A DNA stretch of 64,000 bases from Dimorphilus gyrociliatus (taxonomy: Eukaryota; Animalia; Annelida): the NCBI GenBank assembly GCA_904063045.1, contig CAJFCJ010000001.1:496001-560000 (forward strand). The letters are read 5' to 3'. Positions within the stretch are counted from its first letter, which is position 1. Every line of letters starts with the position of its first letter. The notes below the pieces were generated by a model, which saw only the letters and a list, made by a program, of their open reading frames with translations, was not told the origin of the DNA and did not search any database. The position numbers and the translations under genes are program-made. This document shows, piece after piece, positions 1 through 10,591 of the stretch.

Positions 1-58
1 TGAAAACAAAAAGCGCGTCTAGAAAAGTGTTTAATAAATGCTTTTCCAACTGTTTCAG

Positions 59-1419
59 CCGGTCCTTACTATTGCGCTGAAGGCAACTTATTCACCGCTT
101 TAAACACTTGCATGGGATTCCCCAATGGAATCTATGTCGAGGATTGTATAACTGAAACTGAAAATTTCGCAAGAGAGGGTAGAATTGACCCCACCTCTAA
201 TTTGAGAAATGATAAAGTTTTCATCCTTCACGGAAAGGAAGATCCTACCGTGGGAATTGGTAAAGACTTTTTTTTTATATCTGTCCTTGAACTAAAAAAA
301 ACTTTTTGTTATCCTAAGATGCTGCTGCTAAAGTACGTCAGTATTATGAACATTACGGAGCTACAATTGCCGAAGAACTTAGTCTTTCTCTTGGACACGG
401 TGTTCCAACCACAAATTATGGTATATCTTGCCCAGATACTTCATCACCCTACCTTAATAAGTGTAATTATGAGTACGTTTAGTCGCTCTTTGAGGAAAAT
501 GAAGAAAAGATAATATTGTCTTTTTTTTATATTGTAGCGGTGCTTTCTCTCTTTTGAAGCATATTTATCCCGATATTATTAAACCATCAACTAACCATCA
601 ACTCACTGGAAAACTACTTCGTTATGATCAAGAAGAATTTCAAAAAGATCCAAACGATCATAGCTTTGATGACGATGGTTTCGTGTATGTACCAGCTGCT
701 TGTGAATTAGAAATGAACGATCTGTTTGCTCAAAATGAATGTGAAATTCCTGTTGGTGATCGTAAAAAATGCGGTTTCGATAGTATTACCGAAGAGCAAT
801 GTATTGTCAATAGAGGTTGCTGCTGGCGTCCTGATGGTCCATTTAATTGTTTTGAAAAAGCAACTGCTGATAAATGTGCTGTAAGCGCTAATGATAGAGA
901 GGAATGTGGATTTTCTGGAATCAATCAGACTATCTGCGAGAACGATAGGAATTGCTGTTGGAAAGAGGAGCAGCCTTATTATTGTTTTAGACCTAAGAGC
1001 GGAGGTCCTACTCCTGGAGGAAAATGTAAAGTTCATATGGTCTTTCACGGCTGTCTTCAAGGAAATGAAATGGTTGGCGAAGAATTTGTTCGAAATGCCG
1101 GATATAACGAAATTGCAGATGTTAACAACATTGTTGTTCTCTATCCAGAAGTTGTATCAAATGTCATGCTTGGAAACATGAACGGTTGCTATGACTGGTG
1201 GGGCTACGAGGATGAGAATTACGGTAATAACATAAGATAATTCTTACAAATATGATTTAATTACCAAAAGATATACATATATATATATATAAGTGACTTA
1301 TATTTATATTAATATATGCATATTTATATATTTCTATACATATATATACAGCGGTGAAAGACGGTGAGCAAATGTTGGCTGTATATAAAATGATTCAAAG
1401 AGTTTTGGGTCAAGATTAA
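59..1419 (+). CDS. Poly(3-hydroxybutyrate)/PHA depolymerase-like esterase (circularly permuted alpha/beta hydrolase) with two inserted trefoil domains; 5' end lies outside the window
   Basis: Exons 59-259, 319-472, 538-1223, 1352-1419 join in frame via GT-AG introns. Motifs: (A)GPYYCAEG..ALNTCM; HGKEDPTV (Asp); LGHGVPT (His); CNYDGAFSLLKHIY; GFVYVPAAC...CKVHMVFHGCLQG (oxyanion); AGYNEIADVNNIVVLYP; NGCYDWWGY; YAVKDGEQMLAVYKMI. These follow the order of the Penicillium funiculosum-type PhaZ. The nucleophile Ser box would be upstream of position 1. Confidence 0.9.
740..988 (+). other. Two tandem trefoil (P-type) domains, 740-853 and 875-988, inside the depolymerase
   Basis: CEIPVGDRKKCGFDSITEEQCIVNRGCCWRPDGPFNCF and CAVSANDREECGFSGINQTICENDRNCCWKEEQPYYCF both show the six-Cys trefoil pattern C-x9-CG(F/Y)-x-x-I-x-x-x-x-C-x4-(G)CC(W/F)-x7-CF. 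Confidence 0.9.
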
Positions 1420-2516
1420 GAAGAAAGTACATTTTCATTTAAAAAAAAAAACACAAAAAAAATAAAAAACAGAAGAAGAAGAAGAAGAAGGAGGAGGAGG
1501 AGAAGGAGAAATAAATAAAGAAAAAAAAAAGCTGCACGATCAAATTATCTTTTATTAAAGAAACCTAACAAAAAAAAAAGTAAATATTGTTATACTACGC
1601 ATTTTGTTATAAATAAATTACTCTCTAATAAAATATTCTTTGGTATATAGAATCGAATGTTATGTAAACATATTCATTTATGTTACTATAAATATGTACA
1701 TTGTTTTATCGATTATGGGGAAAATTATCTTAATGTTACGAATTTTTTTCATAATTGAAAGTAGGAAGATTTCTATGATTAGTATGTAACTATTTACAGA
1801 AGAAATCGATAAAATATATACATATATATATATATGTATATATAAACAAATGTACGGCGTAAGGAGTAAGTTAATCAAAATGTCAAATATTTTTCATTAT
1901 AAGCAATTTGCGTAATTAATTACTTCACTATACTCGCGAGTATTGACGTATTGAATTAATGTAAATAATTCCAGTATTACTTGTCTAAAATGCCAATAAT
2001 TTTAATTCTGGTATTACATTTAGAAAATAAATGATAATAATAGATAATATAGACTACTCCGAGCTCAAAGAATACGAAAGGCTTATATTGATTTATAAAC
2101 GCTTCAGTAACAGATAAGTAAATTTGAAAATCCTCTAGGGATAACAGATGGTGTAAAATAAGCAAAAATTCTGTTGCTCTTCCACTCTAATTCGGGTAAA
2201 AGGAAAAATAAGAATATTTTGATAAGTAATTTGACAGATTTAGAAGAGTCAAACATACCTAATAAATAATAATAAATAGTATTAATATAAGGGGAAAATG
2301 ATCAATGCAATAATCTGCATATAGAAATAAAAATCAATAAATAATTATTGAAGTTGCACATGTTAGGCTTAGATTAATTAAGTATTTTCAAGTTCAAAAG
2401 GATAATTCATCTTAAATTTACCTATGTTGTTTTCAATAACAATAACGTATATAATAGAGCTACAAGCAGAAAAAGGAAACAGTTTTTTTTTCTTATTATT
2501 ATAATTAGTATGTTAT

Positions 2517-3063
2517 TTATTTTTTTACATGACCTAAATCATATTTTCCTCTAATACATTTATGTTTTACACCGGGAAGATCTTGTACCTTTCCGCCTCG
2601 AACCAAAACTATACTATGCTCTTGCAGGTTGTGACCTTCTCCTGGCACGTATGCGGTAACTTCTCTTCCTGATGATACTCGCACTCTAACGCATTTTCTA
2701 TTCGCAGAATTTGGTTTCTTAGGTTTTTTTATTAATGTCTTTAGAACAACGCCCTTCATGAAAGGTCGACCATCCATGGCTTTATTCTTAACAATATGCC
2801 TTTTAGGAGGACCATCTTTATACATTTTATATATCATTGCCATCTGATTTTGGCCTGCTTTTGCGGAGACGGCGTCGAAGAGAGTAGCTACGTTTAAATT
2901 ATAAAAGAGAAAATGTTGCCTTTTAAAAATTTAACTATACATCTAAAAAATATTAAAATATTCGTTTATTATTTTTACCGGAAGTTGAAATATTCTGTAC
3001 AAGAGATGATCCCCGATTAATTATTGAAAAGAAATTACGGAAGATATTTGATAAATTTTGCAT
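2517..3063 (-). CDS. MRPS12: Mitochondrial ribosomal protein S12 (uS12m)
   Basis: Exon 1 3063-2979 encodes [28 protein letters not shown] (transit-peptide-like). Phase-1 intron 2978-2888. Exon 2 2887-2517 has [36 protein letters not shown] and [13 protein letters not shown]. Total 151 aa. Confidence 0.95.
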
Positions 3064-3809
3064 GATTCCTATAATTCTTCAAATCTGAGGGAATAATAGA
3101 CAAACAGCATGAGAGTGAGCGATATTTAATAATTATAAGAAAATTAACCGAAATATTTATTTATCTTACCTATAATTACAAAGTAATTTTCTATTATTTA
3201 TTTATAAGACAATGTCTATAATAGAAACGAATAATAACGCTTCTCTCCTTAATTTGATTGTATTAAATAACTGTAGGACGAATGAAAAACTATTATAGAT
3301 GTTTCGGACACCGTAAAAATATTTAGGGATAGATTTTAAATTTCGGCATATAAAACATTGGCCTTTGAACATAATATTATTTATAAGAGGCTTCACCAAC
3401 GTCTGTTTACCTTTATTCTTTTCGTATAATTTACTTAACTTGTGGAATTTTATCTAAATATTAATAATAACTTAATAAATCCTTTTACCAGTATTATTTA
3501 CTTAAACTTTAAATATAGCAATACTATAAAATGAAAAGAATGCGACAATTGTAATTTCGCTTTGATATAGTTGTTATTAATAGCTAATATTATTAGAATT
3601 ATTTATTGCAGTATAAAATATCTATCCAATTTAATAATATAGGTTTAAAAGTTTAAAAAAAAATCCACTTAGTATTGTATTCCATTATAATGCATATGCA
3701 TTTTTTTTTCTATACATTCATTCAAATATACAATTTATAATATAAATGTTAATTTTAGCCGATGGGAAAAATAACGCCCCAAGGTAAAGGGTTGTGTACA
3801 ATATACATG

Positions 3810-3845
<36 letters not shown>

Positions 3846-5956
3846 CATATAAAATTATATATCTTATGCCAAATATTCTATTTATAGCTTAAATATTATT
3901 CAAAATCTATATACTAATATATATATATATATTATTCTTGTCAAAATATTATTATTCAACTCTAAATTCTTCATAAATATATATAGTAAATACCAGCATT
4001 AATGGGGGGAGGGGGAAGAGAGAATACAGGCCTACTTGTTCTAATAACATAGATTTTTGTCAATAAATACTGAATAAATTATTTAGCTGTAGGAAATTTT
4101 CTTACTTAAATATTCATAAACAGAAAGAATACATTTAAATATTAATTATTTAGATATACAAATTTTTGAGATAAATAATCTATCAACTGTATTTATCTTT
4201 CTTTCTTCTTTTATATATTTCTCTTTCTTTCTCTTTTTCTTTCTCTTCTCTCTCTCTCTCTTCATTTTTCATTCTCTTTCTGTCTATCCTTCTCTTTCTT
4301 TATGTCTATATATATATATATATATATAAATCTTCCCCTCTCCATTCTCTCTCTCTCTCTTTCTCTCTTGCACACACATACATACATACACACACACACA
4401 CACTGCGCATAATATATACGCTCGCATTCTATTTTGTCTTTAATATGGAAATTCTATACGATAGCTTTATTACAGTCAAGAATTTAATGAAAAACATAAT
4501 TTATCCTTAAAAAAAGCAATAATCCTATTATAATCAAATGATCGATTTCACACTCGCATAAATTTAGTTGATAAATTACATACATACATAGATACGTACA
4601 TATATATATATATATATATAAGAGAGGTTTGTTTGTAATACATACGCATATACTGTATTCTGCATACTGTATACAGTATAAATATAAACTGTATATATTC
4701 TATATACAATATAAAAAAAAACAAAGATATACTGTACGATGTATACGTTGTAAAATAATAATAAAAATAAATAATGACGATAAAATGAAAGGAATATATT
4801 TTATTGAACTCTTTTTTAATAACAAAAAATAAGTTTTCTTTGTATTGTAAAAAAAGAAAAGAGAAGGAGAAGAAAGGACAAGGGAAGGGGAAAGAGAGAT
4901 ATAGAGCGGGATAGAAAGAAGAAAACAGTGAGGGAAAGAAAGGAATAAAGAGAGATAGAGATAGAGAGTGATAGAAAGAAGGAAAAAAAAGGAAAGAAAG
5001 AAAATAAAGAGAGAGAGAGAGAGAGAGGAAAGGAGAAAAAAAGGAATATTTTATGGGTGGAGTAAACAAAATCTTTATAAATCTAAAAATAGTATTAGAA
5101 TTTTTTCATTAGAAAAACAAAGATCCAAAAATAAAATTATTTAAATAAATATCATCTATATATAATATAAAACATATATTAGATATATAACATAATATGA
5201 TATATTGTAAGTATATCTATTATACATTATAATATATTCTATACCTATATTGTCTAATCAATAGAATTAATTTTAATTTTTAAATAGATTGTGAGCACTT
5301 GAAAAGATGATTTATTTTACTGATTAGACAAAAAAGAAACAGAGAGAGAGAGAGAGAGAGAGAAAGAGTTAAAAAAAGATTTTAATATAATTGCACTACA
5401 CCTACTATATAATATTGTATATTTTAAATATATGTAAATATAATATACTTATTACAACATATAAACAGTTGTCTTTTGAAACTGTAAAAGCAATTATTCA
5501 ATAGTTAATATATTTATCAGCTGTTTTATTTCCCTACGTGACGATTGATTTATAACAAAGATGTTCTTTGTCTTGTAATTTTAAGCTATATCTATTTTAT
5601 GTTAATATAGTCTATATTTTTATGTTTATATATATATATATATATCTGTATAAATGATATAGAGGACAGTACTATATGTGCAAAATATAGATATGTAAAT
5701 ATGCCTGTATTGTAATTCAGATATATACTGTAAAATGCATTTATACAGTTACTTTTATCTATGATCTGTTAATCTAACGTTTTCTATATTTATAAATTAA
5801 TTAAATTTTGTTCTTTTTCACGAGAATTTTATTAAAGAATATATTTAATTTATCAATTTCTTTTATTATTTCCATTATTATATTTATTGATAAATTTTCT
5901 TCCTTTTTGCGTCCTTCTCTCCATCCGTCTCTCTTTGTTTGTTCCTCTCTTTCTTA

Positions 5957-5992
<36 letters not shown>

Positions 5993-6018
5993 TACTCACT
6001 CGCTCGCTCGCTCGCTCT
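5957..6018. repeat. (CT)n / (CGCT)n compound microsatellite
   Basis: CTCTCT run followed by CTCGCTCGCTCGCTCGCTC. (AG)n runs also occur at about 5339-5363 and 28256-28282. Confidence 0.9.
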
Positions 6019-6218
6019 TTCTCCTTTCCTATATTATTGCAGATTGCTTTTTTTTATTTTTAGAATATATCACGTGACATTTGTCCAATTAAAATTTCAA
6101 AGCTATAGAGTAATCGTAGTTAATTATATTGATTTTGTCAGACTTAAAAATTGGAATTCGAGAAGAAAATGAATATTCTATTATATTTATATAAATAGCA
6201 TTGCAAATTAATATATGC

Positions 6219-6221
<3 letters not shown>

Positions 6222-6266
<45 letters not shown>
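6222..6266. repeat. (AT)n microsatellite
   Basis: Uninterrupted AT dinucleotide run. Similar runs occur near 3807-3843, 29200-29225 and 58815-58836. Confidence 0.95.
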
Positions 6267-6271
<5 letters not shown>

Positions 6272-6825
6272 ATAGAAAGATAGAGAATACAGATATAATA
6301 TGCACGCACTTATATATTTGATGATTATCATAAAATTTATTATGATTAGGATATAAAGAAAGAAAAATTGGTCAGTAAAGCTTTTATCCTTTCCTCATTA
6401 AATTAATATATTGCATTATTGCGTAGATTTGAATATGGAGCAGACTAGAAAGAGATAGATAGGAAAAATAGAAGTAAAGAGGGATAAGAAGAAATCCTGC
6501 CAAAAAAATTTGCTGAGGAGAATTAGAAATTTATAAAAAGAAAACATTCTCCATTATATTAAATAACAAAGGAACTCTTTTTCTTTTCTTCATTTCAAAC
6601 TGCAGAGGTAGCTTTACCCTGTTCTTCTTTGAAGAAACATGATATATTCCCCTAGTAAATGACAACATGCATATTTTTTTTGTTTAAAATAATCGTTTAA
6701 TTATTGAAAAAAGTGTAGGCATTCTGCAGGTTACTTTCTTTATATTATGCATATTTTAGTAAGACATCTCCCCCTCGGTGTCAGCTGTTGTTTTCCTACA
6801 GAAAAAGGTTCATAGGACCAAATAT

Positions 6826-6979
6826 AACCGAACTAACCTACGCACCGGTTAAACAATTATATCATACGATTGACCGGTTAGGCACTGCAGAAAATTAATG
6901 TATTTGACCAATGGCTTTCAAAACAACTAAGTAAAATTTATGAGTGACCAGAAAAATAGAAACAATATAGACTTCCGGC
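6826..6979 (+). repeat. Dispersed ~155-165 bp element, copy 1 (paralogous to 27027-27192)
   Basis: AACCGAACTAACCT...CACCGGTTAAA.AATTA.ATCATACGATTGACCGGTTAG.CA.TGCAGAAAATTAA...GAGTGAC.AGAAAAA...GACTTCCGGC is shared with the copy at 27027. Confidence 0.85.
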
Positions 6980-7013
6980 CCAAGTAGAAATACGTGGTAG
7001 ATTATCATAAAAC

Positions 7014-8006
7014 ATGTTTAAATATATCTTTTCGAAATACTTGTTTGTATTATTGTCTGTACCGGTTCTGATAATTGTATATGAAAATAATATGTGGAAT
7101 TTCTTCAACTCAAGAGTTACAGAGGACTCATATCCAACAATACAGGCCATGTTAAAACCAGCTCCCTTGAATGAGACATTATTTGTTTATGGTCGTGGAC
7201 GACTTGGAAATTTAATGTTCATATTCGCTGCCGGCTTAGGGTTGGCAGCAAAAACAAGTAAAACACTTCGTGTTTCACCATATTTTTGGGATAGAGGTCG
7301 GTGTTTCAACATTCCACCTGAATTTATAATGAGAAATAGGTTTAATAAAAAGCTTCAAAAATCTGTTGTGTTAAGAGAAGAACTTCCAAGAAAATTTTCA
7401 TCTTCAATGGTAAAACAAATCAGTCAGGGGATTAATAAACAATGCTATGCTTATGGTTTTCTTCAGTCTTGGAAATACTTTGAAAATGTTGAACATGAAA
7501 TAAGGAACTTTTTCAAACAAAAATTCAAAACAAAGAAAGCTGGTTTAAATTATGTTAACCAGTTGAAAAAGAGTAAAAGGCCTATTGTTGGAATTCATGT
7601 AAGACTTAGAGATACTGCAAATGATAAACGACTAAGGAAAGGAACTAAAGAATATTTTACCACAGCAACTACCTTGATGAAAAAGCTACTGGGAAATAGG
7701 AGACCACTATTTGTGTTACTTACCAACGATCGCCTAAAAGTTCAGGAGCAATTTAAAGAAATGATAGATAGTGAAGAGGCTACTCTTACTCCTGAACATT
7801 TATCTGATCGATGCGTCGAACTCGAAATACTATCATCATGTGATCATACAATCATAACGCACGGGACTTTTGGCTGGTGGGGTGCTTTCTTGTCCAATGG
7901 TTATACAATATATATAAAAAATTATGCAGTAGAAAATTTACTGTTTTATAATATTACTGTACCTGAGGACTTTTTTCCAAAGGATTGGATTGGTCTAAAT
8001 GTATAG
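7014..8006 (+). CDS. Alpha-1,2-fucosyltransferase-like (glycosyltransferase family 11), type II membrane protein, intronless CDS
   Basis: 330-aa ORF with an N-terminal TM anchor (YLFVLLSVPVLIIVY) and GT11 motifs GRLGNLMFIFA, YGFLQSWKYF, IVGIHVRLRD and LEILSSCDHTIITHGTFGWWGAFL. Confidence 0.9.
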   Translation: MFKYIFSKYLFVLLSVPVLIIVYENNMWNFFNSRVTEDSYPTIQAMLKPAPLNETLFVYGRGRLGNLMFIFAAGLGLAAKTSKTLRVSPYFWDRGRCFNIPPEFIMRNRFNKKLQKSVVLREELPRKFSSSMVKQISQGINKQCYAYGFLQSWKYFENVEHEIRNFFKQKFKTKKAGLNYVNQLKKSKRPIVGIHVRLRDTANDKRLRKGTKEYFTTATTLMKKLLGNRRPLFVLLTNDRLKVQEQFKEMIDSEEATLTPEHLSDRCVELEILSSCDHTIITHGTFGWWGAFLSNGYTIYIKNYAVENLLFYNITVPEDFFPKDWIGLNV

Positions 8007-8161
8007 TTATATTTAAAAACAACAAAACAGTATGTTTTATGTATGTTGAATTTTGGCATTCTGAATTTATATAGTAATTTATCAAGTAGGAATAAGATAA
8101 ATATACTGAATAGCAATAATTCCTTCTTTTTGATCTTTATCTTGAATAATCAACATTTCTG

Positions 8162-8820
8162 TTATTTGGAACAGTGTGTTAAAAAACTGAGTCTTAATAT
8201 TTTTTGCAAAGACATAAAGCTACAGTAACATACATGCATATTGAACACTATTTTTCTCACCTTACTGCTAGAATTTTTGAAGAAACATTTGCAGTATAAA
8301 CATAAATACCATAATAATCATTACTAAATGAAATACTATTATTACTCTTCATAATTTTCATTCCCGGAGAAAGTTTTAGTATCGATATTTCATCTACAAT
8401 TTTAGAGGTTAAATGTTTCGTTGAACAGCTGTAAGCTCCTTTCAGATTGTATTGAAAACTATTAAAGTCACGTTCAAATTCAATGGAATGTAAAATCAGA
8501 TAAGTTAGAGATAAATTAGGCAATGCTACAGATTTTTCTTCGATCTTGGAAATGAGCTCGTAAGTTTTGATCCCAAAGAAACCTTTTTCAAATTTAGTTT
8601 CAACAGATAAAGAAATATCTTAAATTACGGTAATAAATTCAGAAAAGTGGTAGGCCCATTGTGGGAATTTGTATAAGATTACGAGATACCGCATATGAGA
8701 AATGATAAAGACCAGGAAGAAATATTTTACGGAAGAAATTGACTTGATGAAAAAGTTATTCATCCTAACAAAATCACTCTTAGTCAATTTCAAATTATTA
8801 ATTAGAATTTTATCAGCATT
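8162..8820 (-). CDS. Uncharacterised coding exons (either a separate gene or the 3' part of the coiled-coil gene at 9103-9908)
   Basis: Open frame from about 8618 to 8260 (DISLSVETKFEKGFFGIKTYELISKIEEKSVALPNLSLTYLILHSIEFER...KILAV). An AG|GTGAGA donor and CTGTAG acceptor lead to SFMSLQKILRLSFLTHCSK*. The 5' structure could not be resolved and no family was recognised. Confidence 0.4.
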
Positions 8821-9102
8821 TTAGAAGAAAGATGAGTATCCTATATTTTTTTTCTGCTTATAAATTTATTTACTCAATTGGTTGATCCTGAGCACTATCA
8901 TCGCGTTATAGTCCTTTCTATATTATGACCTATATTACAACTATTGATCATTTTTCAAGACACTAGACTCTCATCCAAGTTTTATTATACAGAAAATATG
9001 ACTTAAGCAGATATATTAAGAAAATAAGTTTATTACTATTTACAAACTACTTTGTTTTCCATGATAGGCTGAAGTTAATAAAGACTTTGTTGCTTTCAGT
9101 TT

Positions 9103-9908
9103 TCACTGAATAGTTATTCGTTTCCTATAATTCTGCTTTTTTATACTAAAAAAAAGTGAATAACAGAAGTTAGATATGTCGACACGATAAGTTTTTACTT
9201 ACTGATTAATTCTTGCTCTCTTAATATCCTGTATAGCGAGGTAATCTTTACAAAGGGTTGATAATCTTTTTCTACATCCAAAAATCTCAGTTTGAATACC
9301 TATTAGAAATATGGAAATTAAAGTTATTCTGAAAAATAAAACCATTGTAATTAGTTACCTTTAAACTCTTCTCCAAGTGTCTCTCTTTTCTGCCTTGCAA
9401 CGTTTATACGACATTTTAATGATTTAATTATTATTTCATGGTTTTCTAGCTCTCTATTCTCTCGTCGTAAAGTATCTATTTCTGACCAGCAATCTGATAA
9501 ATTTATATCTATTGCAGGTATAGCTAAAGATTTTTTCAACGAATTACACAGTTCCTCATCATAGTCCGCCTGAGCTTCCATTATTCCCATTTGTAATATG
9601 GAGTACTTATCTTTGAATTTTTGCAATAAAGCTTCATTGATTCTCAAATAAATTTCCTTCTTGCCGCAGCTCTTATCAACATCTTTTAGCTTTTGTTCAG
9701 CTTTATTAACTTCTTCCTGAAGAGCCTCACCTCGCTTTTGAAAGTCTTGAATAATATGCTTTGCCTTTTGAACAGCTTCTCCCACTAAAGTTTTAAACTT
9801 TACACATTTAACTAACTAATGAATAATAAACTTACAAGTACGAATTTCCTGTTCATCTTCATCTGAAACCTGACTAATATTCCGTAAGACAGTTGAAAAC
9901 GACTCCAT
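9103..9908 (-). CDS. Uncharacterised coiled-coil protein
   Basis: Exon 1 9908-9836 (MESFSTVLRNISQVSDEDEQEIRT) splices in phase 1 to the heptad-rich ORF from 9784 (GEAVQKAKHIIQDFQKRGEALQEEVNKAEQKL...). A further exon encodes GIQTEIFGCRKRLSTLCKDYLAIQDIKRARIN. The 3' end is tentative. Confidence 0.6.
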
Positions 9909-10591
9909 TTTTCTAGAATACTCTGAAGACGAGCGGATATGGAATTCGTAACGTCATCTGGTTGTTAATTGGTCGTTAATACAATATTTGTTATTGCGAA
10001 ATCAACGTTAGACATATTGTTTTTTCCTTATTTTAAGTGCGAAGGTAGCAGGACATATTTTCGTTTAGAAAACCGAATTCTATATATTTATGAAAGGAAA
10101 TTGAAAAATCTTAAAAATTAATCTATAAATACTTTATTCGAGATATTAATATTAAGAACTTTAGAGGTATATTGCTTTTATATCGACAGGTAATAATGAA
10201 AATGTTTTTCAAATTATTCATGAGAAAACTATTTGTAGTTATTGCGTCATTCCCCTTAATAAGTTGTAAAAAAAATTCATAGAATACGAAAATTGATGTT
10301 TATAATAGATTATTACTTGTGCAATATTTTTTAGGTTGTAAAAAGACTTAGCCTAAGAAGTTATAATTGGTGTGTAGGATAAAATAGCTAATTGAGTTGA
10401 GTACTTTTCACTTCAAGAGTGCCTTGAATCACACTAGATGGCATGCTTTTTATGTTTTAGGTAGTTTTGTAGTTTTATTATAAGTATTGAGTAGATAATT
10501 TTGTTAGACCTATGAACTTTGTTTGTTTTGAGCTGGTTAACATTTGAATTATCTCTTTTATTAGTGTCTAGTCTAAATCTACGAATTCAGC

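Noticed and set aside
59-1419. Bacterial contamination or a symbiont contig as the source of the PHB depolymerase
   Set aside because: Three in-frame spliceosomal introns, host-like AT content and adjacency to nuclear MRPS12 indicate a host gene.
4548-6172. ORFs of 67-173 aa rich in S/L/F/Y/I
   Set aside because: These are translations of (CT)n/(AT)n microsatellites and purine tracts. The same applies to the ORFs at 1678, 29322, 43251, 53305 and 54252-54574.
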